Below are positions 31,496 through 39,695 of a stretch of 64,000 nucleotides of DNA, in pieces. The DNA lies in assembly GCA_024653215.1 (NCBI GenBank), contig JANLFU010000007.1, positions 26,848 through 90,847 of the forward strand, read 5' to 3'. Each line of letters begins with the position of its first letter. Within the stretch, counting starts at the first letter, position 1. Source of the stretch: Candidatus Saccharicenans sp. Its GTDB lineage: Bacteria; Acidobacteriota; Aminicenantia; Aminicenantales; Saccharicenantaceae. Made by a program: the position numbers and the translations under genes. The notes below the pieces were generated by a model, which saw only the letters and a program-made list of their open reading frames with translations, ran no database searches and had not been told where the DNA came from.

Positions 31496-32884
31496 ATGAA
31501 AAGAACGATTGCTCTGCTACTTTTTATAATAATTCTATATCCGGTGGTGACCATGGCCTCTGAAAGACTGCCGAAACCAGAAAAACTGACCCTGAAAAAC
31601 GGGCTGACCGTCTATTACCTGAAGAACCCCGAACTGCCTCTGGTGAGTTTCCGGGTGTTAATACCCGGGGCCGGCAGTGCCTTCGAACCCGAGGGCTACG
31701 ACGGCCTGGCCAACCTGACCGCCACCCTGCTGCTCAAGGGAACCAGGACCATGACCGCCGAACAGATCGCCGAAGCCCTGGACTTCATGGGGGCCAGGCT
31801 CAGGGTATCTGATGCCGAGGAGTACGCGGTGGCCTACGGAGAATCGCTGGCCGAGCACCTGCCGCGTCTGCTGCAGATTGCCGCCGACTGCCTCGCCTCC
31901 CCGGCTTTCAAAGAAGACGAGTACAAGAAGGAGCTGTCCAGGAAAGCAGACACCCTCAAGTCCCTGAAAGACAATCCGGGTTCGGCCCTGCGCCTCTATT
32001 TCAGGAAAGCTTACTTTGGTGACCATCCTTTTGGCCACCTGTCCTCGGGCACCGAGTCTTCGCTCAAAAAGATGTCACTCGAGGAAATAAAGAAATTCTT
32101 CGCGGCCCGCTACCGGCCGGACCTGGCCATCATGGCCGTGGTTGGAGATATCGACCGAAAGCCCCTGCTTGACCTGCTGAACAAGACCGTTGGTAAGTGG
32201 CCGAAACCGGCCACACCTCCGCCGGCCCTGACCATTCCTCCCGTCCCCGCTCCCCGGGGCCAGAAATTACTCTTTATCGATAAGCCCGACGCCACCCAGA
32301 GCTATTTTTCACTGGGCGCCATCGGCTTCCCGGTTAAGGATGCCATCGCCGCCCGGGCCAGCCTGATGAATACCCTCTGGGGCGGGAGGTTCACTTCCTG
32401 GCTGAACACCGAGCTGCGTATCAAGCGCGGCCTGACCTACGGGGCCAGCAGCGGTTTCCAGTCCTGGAAGGAAGGCGGAATCTTCACCGCTTCTTCCTAC
32501 ACCAAGAACGACAAGATCGGCGAGATGCTGGACATAACCTTCGACCTTCTGAAAAAAGCCCGGGAACAGGGCTTCAGCGAGGAAGAAGCTGAGAGTGCCC
32601 GGAACTACCTCCTGGGACAGTTCCCGCAGACCCTGGAAACCAACAGCAGCAAGGCCAACGCCTACCTCCGCGTCGTTTACTATGGCCTGGGTTTTGATTA
32701 TTACGACAAGTACCTTGACGAAATAAATACGATAAAAGCCGCGGACCTGAAGGCGGCCGCGGTCAAGCTGCTCCCGGAGAAGGACTTCGTGCTGGTGGTC
32801 GTGGGTAAAGGCGAGGAAGTCCGCCAGATTCTAAGCAAGTACGGCCAGTTCCAGGAGAAGAAAATCACCGACCCGGATTTTTAA
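31496..32884 (+). CDS. M16 peptidase, non-catalytic partner subunit
   Basis: HxxEH replaced by NLTAT; ELRIKRGLTY R/Y motif; signal peptide. Confidence 0.9.
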   Translation: MKRTIALLLFIIILYPVVTMASERLPKPEKLTLKNGLTVYYLKNPELPLVSFRVLIPGAGSAFEPEGYDGLANLTATLLLKGTRTMTAEQIAEALDFMGARLRVSDAEEYAVAYGESLAEHLPRLLQIAADCLASPAFKEDEYKKELSRKADTLKSLKDNPGSALRLYFRKAYFGDHPFGHLSSGTESSLKKMSLEEIKKFFAARYRPDLAIMAVVGDIDRKPLLDLLNKTVGKWPKPATPPPALTIPPVPAPRGQKLLFIDKPDATQSYFSLGAIGFPVKDAIAARASLMNTLWGGRFTSWLNTELRIKRGLTYGASSGFQSWKEGGIFTASSYTKNDKIGEMLDITFDLLKKAREQGFSEEEAESARNYLLGQFPQTLETNSSKANAYLRVVYYGLGFDYYDKYLDEINTIKAADLKAAAVKLLPEKDFVLVVVGKGEEVRQILSKYGQFQEKKITDPDF

Positions 32885-33156
32885 GATTTAAATCCGGACG
32901 GCACAAGCTAACCCGTTTCTGGCTCTCGATGAAGAGGGGCGGCTTTCTGCCACCAGAAACAAGAGAGCTGCACATCAAAATCTGAACTCTCCTCATGCGG
33001 TCTTTTTACAAGAGCTGGATGAACCAGGATAACACTGTCAGATTATTTTTCTGCGGGATTTTAAAATCGAGGCAACGCATCGTCGAGCTTAATCAACGGA
33101 ATTTCTAATTTAGTTATTGCCCCGGCCAGCCATAAAACTTCAAGGCTCAAACTGAG

Positions 33157-34386
33157 CTACTTGAAGATGTTCAGAAAGAGGGTGATGATCAGGGCATTGG
33201 TGAAGTCGATAAAAAAGGCCCCGACCATCGGCACCACCAGGAAGGCCCGAGGAGCCCGGCCGTAGCGTTCGACGATGGCCTTCATGTTGGCCATGGCATT
33301 GGCCGTGGTACCCAGGGCAAAACCGCAGTAGCCGGCGCTCATGACCGCAGCCTCGTAATCTTTGCCCATCAGCCGGAAGACCGCCACGGCGGCCAGGGCC
33401 ACCAGGATTACCTGGGCCAGGAGAATCACCAGCATCGGCAGAAATAGCCCGGCCAGTTCCCACAGTTTCAGGGTCATCAGGGCAATTACCAGGAAAAGGT
33501 TCAGGGCCACGTGGCCCAGGTCATCAAGTACTCTCTGGTCAAGATCCAGCCAGCCGGTCAGGTCGTCAAAGTTCCTGATGATGGCGGCCACGAACATGGC
33601 CCCGATGTAGGCCGGAAGGGTTATGCCCAGGCTGGCGAACCACTTGCTCACCCAGGAGCCCACCCACATAGCCACCAGGATGATGACCACGCTCTTGAGA
33701 AGAACAAAGGAACTTTTTTCTTCATCAGCAGCCACCCCGGCCGGCTTCTTGGTGAGAAGCTCCTCAACCACCTGTTCGGCCTCAATTTCCGGAACTTCGA
33801 GACCTTTTATCCTGGCTTTTTTCAGCCTGTTCTTTTCAATGAGGAAAGTACCAACCGGCCCGCCGAGCAGTCCACCTGAAATGATCCCGAAAATGGCCGC
33901 AGCCACCGCAGCCGTGGTGGCCGCCGATACCCCGGCCTGTTCAAAGACCGGTCCAAAGGCCAGGGCCGTGGCCGGACCGCCGGTCTGGGTGACCGAGCCG
34001 CAGATGACTCCCAGCAGCGGGTTCAGGCCGAAGGGCAGGGCCAGGACTATTCCCAGGATATTCTGGAAAACGACCATAATCGTGGCCACCAGGAAGAAAA
34101 GCAAGACCTGCGGGCCCCCGACCTTAAGCAGCGACAGGCTGGCGGCAAAACCGATGGTGGTAAAAAAGGCAATCATCAGCGGGTCGCGCAGGGTGGTGTC
34201 AAATTGAACGGGGGTAACCTGGTAATGATGGAAAACCAGCATCACCAGGGAGACCAGCAGGCCGCCGACGACCGGAGCCGGGATGTTGAAACGGTCGAAT
34301 ACTTTTATCCAGCGCCTCAGACCGTACCCGGCAAACAGCACCAGCCCGGCAAAAGCCACCGTCTGTATCAGGTCCAGCTTCAGCAA
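33157..34386 (-). CDS. gltS: sodium/glutamate symporter (GltS/ESS family)
   Basis: IPAPVVGG, FFTTIG, GGPAT, GLLGGPV, GTTANA, VPMVGAFFIDFTN; TTG start. Confidence 0.9.
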   Translation of the reverse strand: MLKLDLIQTVAFAGLVLFAGYGLRRWIKVFDRFNIPAPVVGGLLVSLVMLVFHHYQVTPVQFDTTLRDPLMIAFFTTIGFAASLSLLKVGGPQVLLFFLVATIMVVFQNILGIVLALPFGLNPLLGVICGSVTQTGGPATALAFGPVFEQAGVSAATTAAVAAAIFGIISGGLLGGPVGTFLIEKNRLKKARIKGLEVPEIEAEQVVEELLTKKPAGVAADEEKSSFVLLKSVVIILVAMWVGSWVSKWFASLGITLPAYIGAMFVAAIIRNFDDLTGWLDLDQRVLDDLGHVALNLFLVIALMTLKLWELAGLFLPMLVILLAQVILVALAAVAVFRLMGKDYEAAVMSAGYCGFALGTTANAMANMKAIVERYGRAPRAFLVVPMVGAFFIDFTNALIITLFLNIFK

Positions 34387-34681
34387 CAGTTTTCCTTTCT
34401 AATTGTTTAGATTTACCATTTTTTATCCGGACACTCAACCGCTTTTTGCTGATCCAACAAAAAAGTAGTTCTCCCCAACAACACAGGAATAACGATGGCT
34501 GGAAATCAGGTTAATATTTCCTGTCATGATTAAAAATAGAAATGGACAAATCAAATATTCATGAACAAGATTTCAGATACCGGCCTTGGCCCGACTAGAT
34601 TAATTCTGTTTTTTTTAATCGCGCCGCCGATTATACAGGCAATTGGCTCGGCCTGCTCAGTAGCCGGCCAGCCGGGCTTTT

Positions 34682-35191
34682 TCAGGCTCTTTTCCTGGCA
34701 GCCACTTTTTCCAGCAGGCGCTGGCGGGTATAGGGAATGAGCCCGCCGGCGTCAATTATGGCCTGCCTGGCCTTGGGCAGCGGCTCAACCTTAAATTCCT
34801 TACCAGAGGTCCGGTTGATTATCTTGTCCGGCAGGATTTCCAGCTCATCGCCTTCTTCGGCTGCAATTTCCGGGCAGACCACCAGCCGCAGGCCGAGGTT
34901 GATGGCATTCTGCAGGAAGATCCGGGCAAAGTTCCTGGCCACGATCACCAGCTCGTGTCCCTTCAGGGTGGAGGCCGCCTGTTCCCGGGATGAACCGCAG
35001 CCAAAATTCTTGCCGGCCACCACCACCGAGCCTGGCGGCACCTGGCCGCTCTTCAGCCTGGCGTTAAATTCGGGAAAGTCGGCAAAGGCATACTGGGGGG
35101 TTTCGGTCGGCAGCACTGTGGCCATGAAGCGCCCCGGGTAAATGATGTCCGTGGAAATATCATCGCCAAGTTTTAAGACCACTCTGGCCAT
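34682..35191 (-). CDS. LeuD/DmdB/HacB-type hydro-lyase small subunit
   Basis: GDDISTDII.PG, GKNFGCGSSREQA, FARIFLQNAINLG. Confidence 0.92.
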   Translation of the reverse strand: MARVVLKLGDDISTDIIYPGRFMATVLPTETPQYAFADFPEFNARLKSGQVPPGSVVVAGKNFGCGSSREQAASTLKGHELVIVARNFARIFLQNAINLGLRLVVCPEIAAEEGDELEILPDKIINRTSGKEFKVEPLPKARQAIIDAGGLIPYTRQRLLEKVAARKRA

Positions 35192-35192
35192 G

Positions 35193-36485
35193 TTATTTGC
35201 CTCCTTTCCTGGGATCAGTGATATATCCGGTTAGAGCGCTGGCCGCAGCCACGGCCGGCGAGCAGAGGTAAACATCTGCCTTGGGATTACCCATCCGGCC
35301 CTTGAAATTGCGGTTGGTGGTGGACAGGGCCACTTCACCGTCGCCCAGGGCTCCCTGGTGGACCCCCAGGCAGCAGCCGCAGCCCGGGTTCATGACGACT
35401 GCCCCGGCCCTGACCAGGTCGGCAATGTAGCCCAGCTTCAGGGCCTGCTGGTAGATGCGAAAGGAAGCCGGGAAGACCAGCATCCTGACGCCCCTGGCTA
35501 TTTTCTTTCCTTTAAGGATTCTGGCGGCTACCGCCAGGTCATCCAGCCGGCCGTTGGTGCAGGAACCGATGACAATCTGGTCCACTTTGACCTTGCCCAC
35601 CCGGCCGACCGGCTTAACATTATCCACCGTGTGCGGACAGGCCACCATCGGCTCCAGCCTGGAAACATCTATTTCCACGACTTTTTCATATTCGGCATCG
35701 GGGTCTGGTCCAAAAATTTCAATTTTACCTTTGACCCTGGCCTCTTCCTTGAGGTAACGCAGGGTTTCTTTATCGGGTGGCACTATTCCGGAAGTGGCCC
35801 CGGCTTCGACCGACATGTTGCAGACAGTCAACCGGCCGGAAGTATCCATGTGCTCGATGGCCGGGCCATGGTATTCCAGCACCTTGAAATTGGCCCCCTC
35901 GGCCGTGATCAGCCCGATGAGGTACAGGATGAAATCCTTGGGCAGAACGTGGCGCGGAAACCGGCCCCTGGCCACCACCTTGATGGTTCCGGGGACTTCC
36001 ACGTTGAGCACCTGTCCCAGGGCCCAGACCGAGGCCATCTCCGTGGCCCCGATGCCGAAACTGAAGGCACCCAGGGCCCCGTGGGAAGTGGTGTGGCTGT
36101 CGGTACCCACCACCACCGTCCCCGGCAGGACGTAACCGCTCTCCGGCAGAATCTGGTGGCAGATACCGCCCTCATCACCCCGGATGTCGTGAAATTTCTT
36201 TATCTTCTGGGCAGCCACGAATTCCCGGATTTTCTTCTGGTTGGTGGCCGTCTTGGAGCTCTCGGCCGGCACCCGGTGGTCCAGGATGATGGCGATCTTA
36301 TCCGGGTCCCAGACCCGGGGCTTTAAACCCGTATCCTTATAGACTTCCAGAAATTGATTGATGACCAGAGCCGCATTCTCGTGCGACATGGCCAGGCTGA
36401 CCTTAGGCTCAACCACCTGGCCCGCCTTAACCTTCTTCTGGCCGGTAGCCCTGGCCAGAATCTTTTCCACCATGGTCAGGCCCAT
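35193..36485 (-). CDS. LeuC/DmdA/HacA-type [4Fe-4S] hydro-lyase large subunit
   Basis: DHRVP, GICHQ, DSHT, GSCTNGR, PGCGCCLG, STTNRNFKGRMG. Confidence 0.93.
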   Translation of the reverse strand: MGLTMVEKILARATGQKKVKAGQVVEPKVSLAMSHENAALVINQFLEVYKDTGLKPRVWDPDKIAIILDHRVPAESSKTATNQKKIREFVAAQKIKKFHDIRGDEGGICHQILPESGYVLPGTVVVGTDSHTTSHGALGAFSFGIGATEMASVWALGQVLNVEVPGTIKVVARGRFPRHVLPKDFILYLIGLITAEGANFKVLEYHGPAIEHMDTSGRLTVCNMSVEAGATSGIVPPDKETLRYLKEEARVKGKIEIFGPDPDAEYEKVVEIDVSRLEPMVACPHTVDNVKPVGRVGKVKVDQIVIGSCTNGRLDDLAVAARILKGKKIARGVRMLVFPASFRIYQQALKLGYIADLVRAGAVVMNPGCGCCLGVHQGALGDGEVALSTTNRNFKGRMGNPKADVYLCSPAVAAASALTGYITDPRKGGK

Positions 36486-36619
36486 CTTCTAACCTCCTTC
36501 CCGGCCGGAGGCCGGGTTGATTAATTTCTCAAGTCCTCAATCTTTGAATATGACCTTCAGTTCCGCTTTCTATAAATATGATATTAATTTGCCACCCTTA
36601 TTATCACCGAACCGGAATT

Positions 36620-37531
36620 CTATTTATACTTGCACTCGAGTTTTTCTTTGGGCAGGTATTCTTCTTCCAGCTTCCGGTACTCTTTAAGCCCAACAAAGGT
36701 GGTAAACTCTTCGAAGCTGGACAGCCACTGGGTCTGGCCGGCCAGGATGCCGGTCGGGGAATTCTTCAGGGCGGTGAAGAACTCCATCAGGGCCTTGTGC
36801 ATGACCATGATCGAAGCTACCGGTATGGAAACCCGGCCCACGCCCATTCTGGCCAGCTCCGGGATGGGAATGAGCTCAGTCTTAACGCCGCTCACGGCGT
36901 CCATCAGGTTGACCGACAGCGGGCCCTTGATTTCCTTAATTGCTCTTTCTATGTCCGCCCGGCTCTTGATGCCGTCTATGAAAGCCAGGTCAGCCCCGGC
37001 TTCCAAATACAGGTTGCAGCGCCGGATGGCCTCGTCCAGGCCGGCCACGGCAAAGACATCCGTCCTGGCATTGATGATGAAATCGGGGTCGAGGCGGTCG
37101 CGAACCCTGGCGCAGGCTTTAATCTTTCCGACCATTTCTTCGGCCGGAATGACTTCCTTGCCGGCCATGTGGCCACAGCGCTTGGGAAAGACCTGGTCCT
37201 CGATATTCAGGCCAGCCGCGCCCATGGTGATGACCCGCTCGGTAACCCAGGCGGCGTTGATGGCGTTGCCGCCGCCGGTATCGACGTCGGCCATGACCGG
37301 GATGTTAACGGCCTGGACAATATTCCAGGTCAGGTCCAGGACATCCTTCATCTGGACCAGGCCGACATCGGGTTTGGCCAGGAGCGAACCGGCCAGCCCG
37401 AAGCCCGAAACCTGGATGGCTTCAAAGCCGCATTTTTCGATGATTTTAGCACTCAGGGCATCGTGGCAGCCGGGAACCACCACCGCCCGACGTTCCATGA
37501 TGGCTTTTCTTAAAACCGTTGTCTTTTTCAT
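36620..37531 (-). CDS. isocitrate lyase/PEP mutase family lyase (PrpB / 2,3-dimethylmalate lyase-like)
   Basis: DALSAK, SGFG, AD.DTG, IEDQVFPKRCGHM, NARTD, AGAD; AAGGAG RBS. Confidence 0.9.
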   Translation of the reverse strand: MKKTTVLRKAIMERRAVVVPGCHDALSAKIIEKCGFEAIQVSGFGLAGSLLAKPDVGLVQMKDVLDLTWNIVQAVNIPVMADVDTGGGNAINAAWVTERVITMGAAGLNIEDQVFPKRCGHMAGKEVIPAEEMVGKIKACARVRDRLDPDFIINARTDVFAVAGLDEAIRRCNLYLEAGADLAFIDGIKSRADIERAIKEIKGPLSVNLMDAVSGVKTELIPIPELARMGVGRVSIPVASIMVMHKALMEFFTALKNSPTGILAGQTQWLSSFEEFTTFVGLKEYRKLEEEYLPKEKLECKYK

Positions 37532-37610
37532 CAATTTCTCCTTGGGTTGTATAAAGTTGAAGAATTATTATAATAGGAAAAACTTAAATTTACCACCGGG
37601 AGGCGCGGTC

Positions 37611-37973
37611 GTGTCAGAACAGGAAAAAGCGGGCTGGGCGGAAAAGTTTTTCAGCCCCGAAGAGCTGGGGCAATTGGCCGAAATCGGTCGCCGGTTTAGC
37701 CCGGAAGAAATGCAGGCCTACCAGAAAAAATGGACCGACCTTATTTCCGAAATAAAAGAAAACCTGGGTCTCTCCCCGGATAGCCCGGAGGCCAGGGACC
37801 TCCTCCGCCGCTGGCAGGAATTGCTGGCTGAAGGCTTTGCCGGACACGAAGGCCTGCTGACCAGAATCGGCCAGGCCTACCAGCAGGGAGCGATTCCCCA
37901 GGAGTACTCGGTAATCGGGCCCGAGGTCTGGGCCTTTATTAAAAAAGTACAGGAAGCCGCGGACTTAAAATAA
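37611..37973 (+). CDS. stand-alone TipAS-like antibiotic/ligand-binding domain protein
   Basis: 3' end of the long shadow ORF 36630..37973; GGAGG RBS and GTG 37611; W..L...I.....PDSPEA..L..RW..L...F.G pattern. Confidence 0.7.
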   Translation: MSEQEKAGWAEKFFSPEELGQLAEIGRRFSPEEMQAYQKKWTDLISEIKENLGLSPDSPEARDLLRRWQELLAEGFAGHEGLLTRIGQAYQQGAIPQEYSVIGPEVWAFIKKVQEAADLK

Positions 37974-37990
37974 ATCTCCGGAGGAAAAGT

Positions 37991-39331
37991 TTGGCTGCAT
38001 CCGGCCGGTTAAGTGAATACCTTTTCGGCTGGTTCCGGAAAACCCCCGCCCCGGCCCGCCGGGCCCTGCTGGCCTCCTGCTTCGGCTGGATGCTGGACTC
38101 CTTCGACGTCATGCTCTACGCCCTGGTCCTGGCCCACCTGATGAGCGACCTGTCGATGTCCAAGCCCACGGCCGGCCTGCTGGGTTCGCTCACCCTGCTG
38201 GCTTCGGCTTTCGGCGGAATGATTTTCGGGGTGGTGGCTGACCGGCTGGGAAGGACGGTAGCTTTGAGGGCCAGCATTCTTATTTATTCTGTCTTCACCT
38301 TCATGTGCGGGCTCAGCCAGAACGTCTTCCAGCTCGGGCTATTTCGAGTTTTCCTGGGCCTGGGAATGGGTGGAGAATGGGCCTCGGGCGCGGCTCTCGT
38401 TTCGGAATATTTTCCGTCCGAGCACCGGGGAAAGGCCCTGGGCTTCATGCAGAGCTTCTGGGCTGTGGGCTATGCCCTGGCCGCGGTGGTAACGGCCGTC
38501 ATTCTGCCCAGACTCGGCTGGAGGGCGGTTTTCTTCGTGGGCATCCTGCCGGCACTGCTGGTTTTCTGGATCAGGTCAAAGGTCGAAGAGCCCGAACTCT
38601 GGAAAAAATCCCGCGGGGCTTCGTCTGGGGCATCTGCAACAGAAACGAAAATAAATAATGAAACCTCGGGCAGCGAATACCCGGGCCAGGACGAATTGCC
38701 AATCTCCACAAATAAAGGGCCCGGCCGCCAGCCAGGGCTGGTCTCGGGCCGGCTTCTTAAAATTACCCTGGCCGTTACCCTGATGAATGCTTTGACCATG
38801 TTCGCCTGGTGGGGCTTTAACCTCTGGATCCCGGGCTACCTGTCGCTGGGCCAGTCCCAGGGTGGTGTCGGGCTAAGCACCGGCCACATGTCCTCCCTGG
38901 TCATCTTCATGCAGCTCGGCATGTGGCTGGGCTATCTGACCTTTGGTTATATCAGCGATTCCCTGGGACGAAAAAAGAGCTATGTCTTTTACCTGCTCTC
39001 GGCCAGCCTGCTGGTCTTCCTGTACTCGGTCGCCCGGACACCGCTCCTGCTTTTCTTCCTGGGGCCGGTGGTGGCCTTTTTCGGAACCGGGTATTTTTCC
39101 GGCTTCGGGGCCCTGACCGCCGAGCTCTACCCCACCCGCATCCGGGCCACCCTCCAGGGAATCACCTACAACAGCGGGCGAATCGTCTCGGCCGTAGCCC
39201 CGCTGGCCATAGGTTCGATGGCCCAGCAGAAGGGTTTCCAGGTGGCCTTCTGGCTGGTCTCGGGAGCTTTCGTCCTGGCCGCACTATCCTGGAGCCTTAT
39301 CCCGGAGACCAGGGGTCGCGAGCTGGAATAG
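37991..39331 (+). CDS. MFS transporter (SHS / aromatic-acid:H+ symporter-like)
   Basis: GWMLDSFD, G.VADRLGR, GLGMGGEW, AELYPTRIR, PETRG; GGAGG RBS with TTG start. Confidence 0.9.
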   Translation: MAASGRLSEYLFGWFRKTPAPARRALLASCFGWMLDSFDVMLYALVLAHLMSDLSMSKPTAGLLGSLTLLASAFGGMIFGVVADRLGRTVALRASILIYSVFTFMCGLSQNVFQLGLFRVFLGLGMGGEWASGAALVSEYFPSEHRGKALGFMQSFWAVGYALAAVVTAVILPRLGWRAVFFVGILPALLVFWIRSKVEEPELWKKSRGASSGASATETKINNETSGSEYPGQDELPISTNKGPGRQPGLVSGRLLKITLAVTLMNALTMFAWWGFNLWIPGYLSLGQSQGGVGLSTGHMSSLVIFMQLGMWLGYLTFGYISDSLGRKKSYVFYLLSASLLVFLYSVARTPLLLFFLGPVVAFFGTGYFSGFGALTAELYPTRIRATLQGITYNSGRIVSAVAPLAIGSMAQQKGFQVAFWLVSGAFVLAALSWSLIPETRGRELE

Positions 39332-39435
39332 AAACGCCCCCCTGAAACCGCGATAACCAAGAATAGATCTCAATCGATTCCTTCCCGGAAACCGGGCAGG
39401 CTCGAAACCGGCCTCGGTGCCGTCCAGACGAACAT

Positions 39436-39456
39436 TTCCTACTAATTTAGTAGGAA
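39436..39456. repeat. perfect inverted repeat
   Basis: TTCCTACTAA-T-TTAGTAGGAA between convergent genes. Confidence 0.6.
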
Positions 39457-39695
39457 TTTTTTAAATATTCGACTGCCTCTCCAATAAGGGGTATACCACC
39501 ACCCGTGGCCCATCTTTTATTTTCTTGAATTAACATTCCCTGATAAATCCCATTCCCCCGCTCCAGCCCGGTCCCCTGAGGCCGCAATTCTCACCCGGGC
39601 AGAGCATCGGCTGTCCCTTTGACTTAACCTACGATTTAGGCTGGGGACGTTATTCAAGCCTGAACGCAGCTTTAAGAACCAACCCGACGGTCAGG

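Noticed and set aside
34682-36485. Calling these genes leuC/leuD for leucine biosynthesis
   Set aside because: No leuA/leuB context, an atypical specificity loop and linkage to a lyase; gene symbols withheld.
36630-37610. 447-aa plus-strand ORF
   Set aside because: Its first ~327 codons are the antisense shadow of the PrpB-like gene; only 37611..37973 has an RBS and protein-like sequence.
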